DNA of 63,948 nucleotides, counting the filler, from Octopus bimaculoides (lineage: Eukaryota), in NCBI RefSeq assembly GCF_001194135.2. It is 4 parts of 3 records of this genome, joined end to end, with 100 filler letters (N's around TTAATTAATTAA, not from the genome) between each part and the next. Parts side by side here need not be neighbours in the genome. Positions count along the whole stretch, not along the records: positions 31,311 to 57,309 come from NC_069004.1; positions 57,410 to 60,937 come from NC_068982.1; positions 61,038 to 63,948 come from NC_068995.1; 1 more part is not named here. The stretch is one strand, 5' to 3'. Made by a program: the position numbers and the translations under genes. The number at the start of each line of letters is the position of its first letter. Positions within the stretch are counted from its first letter, which is position 1. Below the pieces are notes generated by a model. That model saw only the letters and a list, made by a program, of their open reading frames with translations. It made no database searches and had not been told where the DNA came from. Positions 53,788-63,948 of the stretch are shown in pieces.

Positions 53788-54470
53788 ACACACACACACA
53801 CACATATATATAAACATGTGCGTGCAGGTATATATATCTATAGATCAAAAATACTCGTTGGGAGCTGTCTAGAGCAGACAAAGTCAAGCTGCTTTGAACT
53901 ATTTTCATGGTAAATGAACCGATCGCTCTTTATTAAGTTATACGATTTTGTCACTGTAAATAATACTAAATAAGAACTCGATACAGAAAGAAGAGAGGAT
54001 CATAGTCTCTTTGATCTCATTCCAAACCACCTGTCTATTACCTGTGGAATAAAGAAGGTAATTACATATATATTGTGTGATTTGACGCGGATGTGCTTGC
54101 AGGAGATTTCTTAGTCATAGACGTGACGTTGTTGATCAGAACGAATCTTCTCACTGATTCTGTTTTTCTGTTACAATACGGTGTTGATTCATCATCGCAC
54201 CCTCCATCCCCTAAATCATTCATCCATCCATACATCCATTCATACGTACATACACTCCCTCCTCTCTCTCGCTCTCTCTCATACACACATACACACGCAC
54301 GCACATATAAACATATGGATAGATATTTGTGTGTCTGTCCATACACATAATATATATGTGAACTTGAAAGCCAAAGCACGCCCTCTCACGGATTCAAGTC
54401 CTAATCGTAGCATCATTTCCTTAAAGGCGGTGCTACGGCCCTCAACCTGGAACTTGGACACAAGACTATC

Positions 54471-54503
<33 letters not shown>

Positions 54504-54553
54504 AGTGGACAAACGAAAGAAGGGCGCTCAAAACATTTATTGGGGGTTACACG

Positions 54554-54708
54554 TATGGATCAAAATACTTTGGTTCAAATTCGTTGGTACTCCCAGAATT
54601 TCAAGCATGATACTAATCTTCAGTCATAGTGAATACGGCTGAAGATTAGCATTACGCTTGAAAAACTCGGAGTACCAACGAATTTGAATCAAACTGTTTT
54701 GATCCATA
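54554..54708. mobile_element. Fold-back (palindromic) element, TA-flanked
   Basis: ~75-bp arms tatggatcaaaa...ttcaaattcgttggtactcc...tcaagc...ctaatcttcag with a ~5-nt loop and about 10 mismatches. Confidence 0.7.
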
Positions 54709-54901
54709 TATATATATATANNNNNNNNNNNNNNNNNNNNNNNNNNNNNNNNNNNNNNNNNNNNNNNNNNNNNNNNNNNNNNNNNNNNNNNNNNNNNNNN
54801 NNNNNNNNNNNNNNNNNNNNNNNNNNNNNNNNNNNNNNNNNNNNNNNNNNNNNNNNNNNNNNNNNNNNNNNNNNNNNNNNNNNNNNNNNNNNNNNNNNNN
54901 G

Positions 54902-54977
54902 GATAAAGAGACCAATGGCAAAGTTAGAAATATATTTTATAAAATATATTTCTAATTTTGCCATTGGTCTCTTTATC
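54902..54977. repeat. 76-bp near-perfect spacerless palindrome
   Basis: gataaagagaccaatggcaaagttagaaatatatttta|taaaatatatttctaattttgccattggtctctttatc; single G/T mismatch (54923/54956). Confidence 0.9.
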
Positions 54978-55136
54978 GTTTTCTCTCTTTATACATACAC
55001 ACGCTAATACACGACCTATGTTATATTCTCCACTCATGTTTATACAACGACAGGGGCAAAACTAGTCGGTATACAGCACTTACTCGGTATTACCTGTATC
55101 TTTGGGTTTGGTTGAATCCAATACCCTTCATAACCT

Positions 55137-55172
<36 letters not shown>

Positions 55173-56500
55173 TAGACACACACACATAAACAAAATACAA
55201 ACGTGTTTATCTCTTGTGTGTACATAACCTTGCCAACGACCAGATGAAAACTTCCCGGAGGGCAGTGTTATTACTCGTTAGTAGAACACGAATTATATAT
55301 CGTTGAAGGACAATGTCCGGGTCGGTTTTGTTTGCGCGGCAGTTTTAATAGGAGAAACTTTTGCTTTGCTTATTTTTGTTTATTTATTTATTTATTTATC
55401 TATATATTTGTTTATTTCATTTGATTTGGTTTAAATTAATGTGAGTCTGGGAATGCGTGTGTTTGTGAGATTTGCGTATGCTGAGGCGTGTATGACGACG
55501 TGTGTACGCGTACGTACGTGTTTTATTTGGTGTGGGAGGAGAGATAACGGACAAGAAATGTGTGTACATATGTCTCTAGAACTGGGTATAGGTAATGCTG
55601 TGTGCGTGTGGATGTGTGCATGTGTTCGTATGTGTGCACCTGTGAGTATGTGTATATGTATGCGCTTAGGAATGTATGTGTGTATGTATGTGCGTGCGTG
55701 TGAGTTTGTATGTGTGTGTGTGTGCGTGTGTGCGTTTGTATGTGTGTGCGTGTGTTGTACGATGATATTAGAAATGGTGCACAATGCCATAATGGTGATC
55801 AGAAATTGAATTCGAACTTAAAATACGATTTCTCTTTTTCACTAATGATAGTCAGCTGGCTAATGACTATTTAGACCGGGGTTGACTTTTCAGAATTTGT
55901 ATTGAAATAGCAATTGAATAGCAATACATTAGGGCTCGGGGGTGGGGTGGAAAGGAAAGACCGAGGTGAGATATCAATGCATAATGTAAATAATAAGAGA
56001 GAGAGAAAAATAGCTAGTGACACGTCTGTTGTTGTGTACACACACACACACACACACANNNNNNNNNNNNNNNNNNNNNNNNNNNNNNNNNNNNNNNNNN
56101 NNNNNNNNNNNNNNNNNNNNNNNNNNNNNNNNNNNNNNNNNNNNNNNNNNNNNNNNNNNNNNNNNNNNNNNNNNNNNNNNNNNNNNNNNNNNNNNNNNNN
56201 NNNNNNNNNNNNNNNNNNNNNNNNNNNNNNNNNNNNNNNNNNNNNNNNNNNNNNNNNNNNNNNNNNNNNNNNNNNNNNNNNNNNNNNNNNNNNNNNNNNN
56301 NNNNNNNNNNNNNNNNNNNNNNNNNNNNNNNNNNNNNNNNNNNNNNNNNNNNNNNNNNNNNNNNNNNNNNNNNNNNNNNNNNNNNNNNNNNNNNNNNNNN
56401 NNNNNNNNNNNNNNNNNNNNNNNNNNNNNNNNNNNNNNNNNNNNNNNNNNNNNNNNNNNNNNNNNNNNNNNNNNNNNNNNNNNNNNNNNNNNNNNNNNNN

Positions 56501-56550
56501 TCGCAACTGAAGATGGTCAGAAATAGCCCGAAACCGAGTCAGTCTCGCGA
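56501..56550 (+). ncRNA. Degenerate type I hammerhead ribozyme motif (Penelope-terminal-like)
   Basis: tcgcaa CTGAAGA tggtca-gaaa-tagccc GAAAC cgagtca GTC tcgcga: core boxes in order, stem I 5/6 pairs, stem II partly mispaired; abuts a gap on the left. Confidence 0.5.
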
Positions 56551-57309
56551 TTCTGTCGTCTACTGGGGGAATGGTAGGAGTTTGCTCCCTTGCTTGCAAT
56601 ATATACAGGGTGCAGGCTGCACTAAAAGCATCTGGCGGAAGATCTGCCTGGGGTTAAAACGGTAATAATATTGAACAACCATATACTTATGTATACGCAT
56701 GCACACACACACACACACACACACATACAAATATTATATATATATATAACGACTTGATTGTGAAATTCTTATTCATCTTGATGAGGGGTTATTACCAAAA
56801 TGCACATTAACTCGCAATCAGACTGCCATAGATATGTTTTTGACCTTATTTTTTTAAAACTCTTTAGACATCGACCTACCAGGGATTGCTTTTTTTAAAA
56901 CGAACTACTTTGAGATACTGTTAATTGAGGAGTAAAAAAACATTTTTTAGTCGATTGATATTGTTTAGTAATTCATTTTGATTATCTATTTTAGTCGATT
57001 TCTACATTCCTTTTCTTGACAGGCCTTTCTATATATTTTGTATTTTTATGTGCATATATATTTTTTTACCTTCTGTGCTTTATATATGCATTCTTTTTTA
57101 TATGTTGAAAGCCATGGTGATGTTTAAATGTGATCAAATGTATGGAAGCGTGGTGATATATAAAGTCGTTGACTCGAATTTGATGTTTCTTCTCTAATCA
57201 ATGGGTTTTTTTTGTCTCTGTCGCAATTTCATTTGTGCACTTCTTTTTTGCAGTCCTATAAACCATTTTTGTTTCCATAAAAACGAGAAAAAGTTATTTC
57301 TTATCATTA

Positions 57310-57409
57310 NNNNNNNNNNNNNNNNNNNNNNNNNNNNNNNNNNNNNNNNNNNNTTAATTAATTAANNNNNNNNNNNNNNNNNNNNNNNNNNNNNNNNNNN
57401 NNNNNNNNN
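57310..57409. other. Artificial 100-bp scaffold-join spacer
   Basis: N44-TTAATTAATTAA-N44. Confidence 0.95.
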
Positions 57410-57433
57410 ATATATATATATATATATATATAT

Positions 57434-57597
57434 ATACGACGGGCTTCTTTCAATTTTTGTCTACCAAATCCACTCACAAGGCTTTGGTCGGCTCGAGGCT
57501 ATAGTAGAAGACACTAGCACAAGGTGCCTCGCAATGGGACTGAACCCGGAACCATGTAGTTGGTAAACAAGCTATTACCTCAGCCACTCCTGCGCTT
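57434..57597 (-). mobile_element. SINE family C
   Basis: cgacgggcttctttc...ccaaatccactcacaaggctttggtcggc...cagccactcctgcgc. Confidence 0.9.
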
Positions 57598-57609
57598 GTA
57601 GCCCCTCTT

Positions 57610-57935
57610 ATACATTGTTTACAATTGTAGAGTATCAGCTGCCAAGTGTAACTACATATATATCAGCTCATGCACCAACATCTTCAAAGCTAGAGCAACC
57701 ACTACTCCAGTTTTAAGTCCCAAACAAAACCTAACCGTACATCGTTATCTCAGCTTATCAATAAACTAAATATTGATTCAACTCTTTGCACTCACGCAAA
57801 CCATACAGTAACCATGATAACAATTGTGATTTCTGCATAGCCAAGTTCTTAGCTATTTTGCAATCCACGGATTGTTTTAACGAACACAATAGTGTCATTT
57901 TTACCTGTAAACATCGATCACTAAATTTATTTTCA
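57610..57935 (+). mobile_element. Penelope GIY-YIG endonuclease C-terminal fragment
   Basis: Frameshifted YISSCTNIFKAR / HYSSFKSQTKPNRTSLSQLI / NNCDFCIAKFLAIL...FNEHNSVIFTCKH follows the PLE pattern FK.R..H.SSF...T.LS...C.LC..EK...LN.R.E...C.H. Confidence 0.65.
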
Positions 57936-58649
57936 AAATACAAATAACAACAACTCCACCCCGCTTCTTTTCCCTTTCATAAATTTTTCCATCTTATTTA
58001 TCCTCACTACCACTATATATTAAACCAACAATATATCTTCCCTTTAATTCCTTGTCATTTACACACTTCTCCTGTATCTTTCCTTACTATTTATAAATAT
58101 TTTTCTCTTATTTCACCTGGCTCCACCTCTTACCCACCTTTATAAACTTACAAGTACATACGCCAACATATACGTCTACTACTTCATACTCTAAACACAC
58201 TCGCCGCACACAATAATATACATTCCTTAATTGAAAGTTCGGTGTAGTCGCTACGAGTCTTCCTCATTCTCCCTTGCTGTCTTCATGCACACTTTTTTCT
58301 CCCCCTTGACCAAAAAATTTCCCCCACCCTCTTCCCTCTCAATAAACTAATTCTGTCTCTGGAAGTTGTTTTTTTTATATTTACTATGGATTGCTTGAAA
58401 CTAACTTTTTTCCTACTCCTCGATCCTCGGATCTTATACATACATACATNNNNNNNNNNACACACATATGTATGTGTGTATGTTGTTGATATATGTATGT
58501 AGAAACGTTGAGTCGTTAGGTATCTACGATATTCTTCAGGAAGCAAATTGCTATTAGAGTTGTTGGTAGAGAAACCGATGCAGATAGAAAATGCTTGGTT
58601 ATTGAATATTAATATCTGCTGTTGTTAGCTGAATGTCTAAAATTCAACC

Positions 58650-58900
58650 ACCGGCATGAAAAGAGAGAATTTAGTCTCCCAAGGAGCAGCACTGGAGTAC
58701 TACCAGAGTCGATGTTCAGCAATGTGCCACAAGTTATTAATTTCAATCCAGAGCAAACAGGGAGGGATTTTTCCGAACAGCATTGTTTCGTTGGATGACA
58801 ACACCCACACACACAATGTTCACGCCGTTAAAAGTTTCTGCAGATTGAATTTTTTATTATTGAAATATTTTCCATGCAATCCTTACAGGTTTTCATTTGT
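58650..58900 (+). mobile_element. Highly decayed mariner transposase fragment
   Basis: LLISIQSKQGGIFPNSIVSLDDNTHTHNVHAVK...KYFPCNPY resembles the mariner LK.AI..KR.G....VLLHDNARPH...HPPY segment. Confidence 0.5.
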
Positions 58901-59362
58901 ACTTCACCCGCAGATACACTGAGACCCGTTTGTTTGCCGCGGATCCAAGTAAAAAATGTAACAAATTGTTACTTCGATGTTGCCACTCTCAGCTGAGAGT
59001 TATAAAGAAGCAAATTTGTATAAGAAGCCGAGTTTGTAAATAAACAAAGAATCTATGTTAGAAAACTAAACTACTCATGTTTTTAAGCTGTCTAGCATCG
59101 TTGAGTTTATTTAGGCTAACATAATAACAAAGACAATTGATCAATGGATGTTTCACTTCTTTGGAGCAGACAGAGCGGAGCGTACAAGCAAGCACCTAAT
59201 TCGTCACAGGCGTCAGACGATTCTTCTACTCTGAGCAAAGCCAATTTTCCTACCACTGGAAAGACAATTATAAGTGACATGAGATTGCAAAAGGCCACCT
59301 AGTCCACCACGACGATATACATAGAGAGTTATGTACTATCATAATACGTGCATATATATATA

Positions 59363-60608
59363 CAGGATCTTGAAGATAAATTGAGACAATTTTTACTAGA
59401 CATAAAACTGGTTATAAATACTAAAATAATGGTAGTAGACATATATAATTTCAACGTAACATTTATTACAACAAAAGCATTTATCACTTAATATTGCCGC
59501 ACTTTTGGACGATTACTGCCTCCAAGTGGGAACGAAATGGTTTTGCAATTTCCGCAAACGCCACCTTTTTGATTTTGGGCGTCGCACGCACGATGCAGGT
59601 CTTCCAACTGTTGATACTCGAGTGCGGTGATGCATTGGTCCTTGCTTGAAGTACGCTCCATCAAAGTAATCCACAAGGTTGAGATCTGGGCTATTACTGG
59701 GCCAGATCTTGACCCCTCACAAAAAATGGCACCTTCTCTCCAAGGAAGGCCTGTGTTGCTTTTGACCCATCGCATGGTGCAGAATCCTGGATCAGCACCA
59801 CATTTTTAAGCCCAAACATTAACTCCATCCAAGGTAACAGAGAGTTTTTAAGATGTTCAGATGCTTTCTCGTGCCGATCTTCAAGCCAGATTCAATAAAG
59901 TGTGGATCCATGACACTTCCATCACTCGACACGGCTCCAAGTACCATCACAGAAGCAGGATTCTTAATCTCGAACACATCGAAGACGTCAGAAAGGTTGT
60001 ATTCGAGGATTTCTGGGATTCAGTTGAGTGTCCACAGATAACTTCTCGTCCACAAACACGTTCGACTTTGATAGTTGAGTGACAGAAGCTTTGGACATCT
60101 ATCGGCACTGATTGCTTTGGCATTGGTTGCTAGGAGGTGACGGCATCGGCGAACATAGCTAGTCATGCCAAGGTTACTGTTCACAGCTCTGGACACCGTG
60201 GGAAGGAGCAGATTGCATCTCTTTGTAAGAACTGTCATGGACGAGAATGGCTTGGCTTCAATCGAGCGTTTGAGGCCAGTGAGAAAATTTCGATTGCGCT
60301 TGGAATCACTTCCAGTCTTGTGTTCTTTTCTATCATTTTTTTCTCTCTTCTTTAAATTGTATATACACACGATAAACTTTTGCTTTTGGTAGTTTCGACA
60401 ACTTTACAATTTTATTGCCAGTGTACCAGCCGCGCGTCAAAACAACAATAGCGGAACAATTCTGTTCTTCCATGACTTCCTGTTTACCTGAAAAGTAAAG
60501 AGGAGGATAAGATTTTCAAGCACGCGAGGTTTTGTAAAAAATGAAATGTTAAACCCACTAAGTCAACTGCTTAAAATTGGTCTCAGTTTTAAGCCGCTGG
60601 CATTCCTG
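59363..60608 (-). mobile_element. Near full-length decayed Tc1/mariner element of the maT (DD37D, Bmmar1-like) type
   Basis: Frameshifted transposase ~60473-59488: MEEQNCSAIVVL..., NVFVDEK, KNPASVMVLGAVSSDG, LIQDSAPCDGSKATQAFL...WPSNSPDLNLVDYF. The D-D spacing is 37 after correcting one frameshift. Degenerate TIRs CAGGA...TGAGAC(C)AATTTT at both ends; ~1.25 kb. Confidence 0.85.
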
Positions 60609-60937
60609 AACATGTCATGATGTTGGTGATTTTGTGTGGCTATTCGAATTATACGTTTTAGCTCCCATTTCCAGCAATTGCAGGTGCTAGTTGGCACCCG
60701 CTGAAAAGTAACTACAGGAGGATCAGTTAGTTAATTATGATTTTAACATATACTTCTCAGATTCACACACTCATTGCAGAAGCCCTTCAGTTTTCTTAGC
60801 CCTGTAAAAGAAACTGGAAGGTTGTGCCTCCGGCCAGACCTTTGGTGATTCCCTTAAAGCCAGGAACTTTTCACCACCCGCTATATGTATGTGTGTATGT
60901 ATATATGTTTATATATGCGTTTATATATATATATATA

Positions 60938-61037
60938 NNNNNNNNNNNNNNNNNNNNNNNNNNNNNNNNNNNNNNNNNNNNTTAATTAATTAANNNNNNN
61001 NNNNNNNNNNNNNNNNNNNNNNNNNNNNNNNNNNNNN
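60938..61037. other. Artificial 100-bp scaffold-join spacer
   Basis: N44-TTAATTAATTAA-N44. Confidence 0.95.
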
Positions 61038-61212
61038 CTTGAGAATGGCGTCGCTCTTGCCCGTCACTAACTCTCTATAGAAGGCCCTGGTTGAACTTCA
61101 ATACCGACAGCATGGCTCAACTGGGTGAGGTCTAGGGGCGCTTGACGACATTCCAGATGCCAAGCGCTTTGTCCTAGTCTTTGCTAGCCTGAAATGATAA
61201 TAATAATAATAA

Positions 61213-61459
61213 TCTATTGTACTATAGGCACAAGGCTTGAAATTTATGGGGAGGGGGATAATCGATTACATCGACCCCAGTACTTGACTGGTTCTTAATT
61301 TATCGACCCCAGTACTTGACTGGTTCTTAATTTATCGACCCCGAAAAGATGAAAGGCAAAGTCGACCTCGGCGGAATTTGAACTCAGAACGTAGCAACGG
61401 GCGAGACACCGCTAAGCATTTCGTCCAGCGTGCTAATGATTCCGCCAGCTCGCCGCCTA
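61213..61459 (-). mobile_element. SINE family A with internal 32-bp tandem duplication
   Basis: atcgaccccagtacttgactggttcttaattt occurs twice; CpG-rich head; (AAT)n on both sides. Confidence 0.9.
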
Positions 61460-61495
<36 letters not shown>

Positions 61496-63728
61496 GATAA
61501 TAATAATGATAATATTTCACCCAGCGTATAAAAAAAAGCAACACATTTCCGTCAGATTTCTAATCGAGACTAAACAAGAATCAGAAATATACGAACCTAC
61601 AGAGACCCTATCGTTGCTCGAATTAACAAGAATCTACAACCAAATGCTTCTGAAATTACGCTACAAACGAAAGGAAGTAGTGAATGATTTTGTCCTACTT
61701 ACTGTATGCAAGAAGAAAACAAAAAATCTGTCGAAATGGTCACGACTGTAACGCCTCCGATCCCAGATCTCTATTTGATTAGAGCTGATACAACAACAAA
61801 GGGAGCTAAACAACAACAAATGTAGCTAAACAACAATAACCTGTAGCAGATATACAGCAACAGCAGCATCAACTTTGTGTGCAATTCTTTATACATTTGG
61901 CTATTTCAGCCATTATCCTTCTCCACTCAACCAGCAACTTCACACTCTATAAAGCTGACGAAAGGACTCGATTGGGCTGGGGGAGCGAGAGAATGTTTGC
62001 TCACTCACGCTCTTCACTCTGCTAGGTGCTACTAATGGCTTCAGTCTTGGAAATTGTGTTTGGTTTTTTTGTTGTTTTTTTTTACTTAGTTTGGTATGTC
62101 TCTCGCAATAACAGCAGCCATTATAGATTCCTGACAATTAAGCTATATATATATATATATATATATATATNNNNNNNNNNNNNNNNNNNNNNNNNNNNNN
62201 NNNNNNNNNNNNNNNNNNNNNNNNNNNNNNNNNNNNNNNNNNNNNNNNNNNNNNNNNNNNNNNNNNNNNNNNNNNNNNNNNNNNNNNNNNNNNNNNNNNN
62301 NNNNNNNNNNNNNNNNNNNNNNNNNNNNNNNNNNNNNNNNNNNNNNNNNNNNNNNNNNNNNNNNNNNNNNNNNNNNNNNNNNNNNNNNNNNNNNNNNNNN
62401 NNNNNNNNNNNNNNNNNNNNNNNNNNNNNNNNNNNNNNNNNNNNNNNNNNNNNNNNNNNNNNNNNNNNNNNNNNNNNNNNNNNNNNNNNNNNNNNNNNNN
62501 NNNNNNNNNNNNNNNNNNNNNNNNNNNNNNNNNNNNNNNNNNNNNNNNNNNNNNNNNNNNNNNNNNNNNNNNNNNNNNNNNNNNNNNNNNNNNNNNNNNN
62601 NNNNNNNNNNNNNNNNNNNNNNNNNNNNNNNNNNNNNNNNNNNNNNNNNNNNNNNNNNNNNNNNNNNNNNNNNNNNNNNNNNNNNNNNNNNNNNNNNNNN
62701 NNNNNNNNNNNNNNNNNNNNNNNNNNNNNNNNNNNNNNNNNNNNNNNNNNNNNNNNNNNNNNNNNNNNNNNNNNNNNNNNNNNNNNNNNNNNNNNNNNNN
62801 NNNNNNNNNNNNNNNNNNNNNNNNNNNNNNNNNNNNNNNNNNNNNNNNNNNNNNNNNNNNNNNNNNNNNNNNNNNNNNNNNNNNNNNNNNNNNNNNNNNN
62901 NNNNNNNNNNNNNNNNNNNNNNNNNNNNNNNNNNNNNNNNNNNNNNNNNNNNNNNNNNNNNNNNNNNNNNTGTGTGTGTGTGTGTGTCTTCACTTGTTTC
63001 AAGTGATGAATTATAATTCAAGTCTTTATTGTTCACACCCTCAAACACTGTAACAATACGGTTATCTTTTATTTTTTATGTATTTAATGAAATAGAGTTG
63101 AGTGTATAAATATGACTAATATTCTCACATTTTAAATGTGAATGTATATAAAAGATATATATGAACATGCCTGCGCGTTATTTGTGTATATATGTCTCCT
63201 TTTCTTTCTTTTCTTTTTTTCTCATGTGTATCATCACTGGGCATCACGTTTTTCTGCGGAAATATATGAAACTAATGGTATGGAATTACTTCTGTAGTCT
63301 CTTCCACGTGCGACTCTGCGTGTATAGGATTTATGCGCATGTATAATAGTTAGATACATCAAATCTTTTCTCTTATAAAGATATTCTGCATTCCTGTGCA
63401 ATAAAAGCAACACAAAAACGTGTGTGTGTGTGTGTCTGTACACACACACACACACACACACNNNNNNNNNNCACACACACACACACACACACATGCAAAC
63501 AGACCAACAGACGGACAAAGAGACACTCACAAATACGGAATCTACCAATTTTCACCATCATCAAGTAGAGAAACGTCATGTTCTTGAATTAAACAAGGAA
63601 ATTTCATGCTTACAGTACATGTTTACCAAAAGTCGTGTCTGCGTCTCTTTTTTATCGTTCTCAACATTCTATATATGTGTGTAGGTTTTGGAGGAGAACA
63701 TGCATGAAAAATAGCACACAGTACATGA

Positions 63729-63796
<68 letters not shown>

Positions 63797-63798
<2 letters not shown>

Positions 63799-63948
63799 GT
63801 GCAGGTGTAGCTATGTGGAAAGTAGCTTGCTTACCAACCACATGGTTCCGGGTTCAGTACCACTGCGTGGCACCTTGAGCCTTGTACTATAGCCTCGGGC
63901 CGACCAAAGCTTTGTGAGTGGATTTGGTAGACGGAAACTGAAAGAAGC
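63797..63948 (+). mobile_element. SINE family C (runs off the window)
   Basis: gcttaccaaccacatggttccgggttcagtaccactgcgtggcaccttg...gtgagtggatttggtagacggaaactgaaagaagc. Confidence 0.9.

Overview
AT-rich, microsatellite-dense, gap-ridden animal genomic DNA. The SINE, Penelope, RTE and mariner repertoire points to an octopus (inference). Three 100-bp N44-TTAATTAATTAA-N44 spacers (31211, 57310, 60938) mark artificial scaffold joins, so the window is at least four joined pieces. The only confidently recognisable host coding sequence is one 115-nt exon of alpha-1,6-fucosyltransferase FUT8 (+, 23364-23478, TLISDIEQLRGVDGLDHWREKESQDLADLVQRRLQFLQ). No other FUT8 exon is visible; others may lie in gaps or outside the window. 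A ~97%-identical 250-bp copy of that exon's 3' end plus its splice donor sits 3.7 kb upstream and could form a frame-preserving 21-nt microexon. The rest is mostly transposon debris: ~30 tRNA-derived SINE copies of three families, mariner DD34D and maT DD37D relics, RTE LINE ends, Penelope RT and GIY-YIG fragments, hammerhead-ribozyme-like motifs, MITEs and several long palindromes. SINE copies left of ~14 kb show strong CpG decay while those to the right do not, suggesting a methylated gene body with a possible minus-strand start exon (MAETYL) at 11.5 kb. Nearly all ORFs in the supplied track are microsatellite or N artefacts. I cannot demonstrate a new biological system. The best leads are the FUT8 partial duplication/microexon, the hammerhead motifs, the CpG-decay boundary and a polar 12-bp array of C/EBP-like sites. 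SINE and LINE boundaries are approximate (about +/-20 bp).
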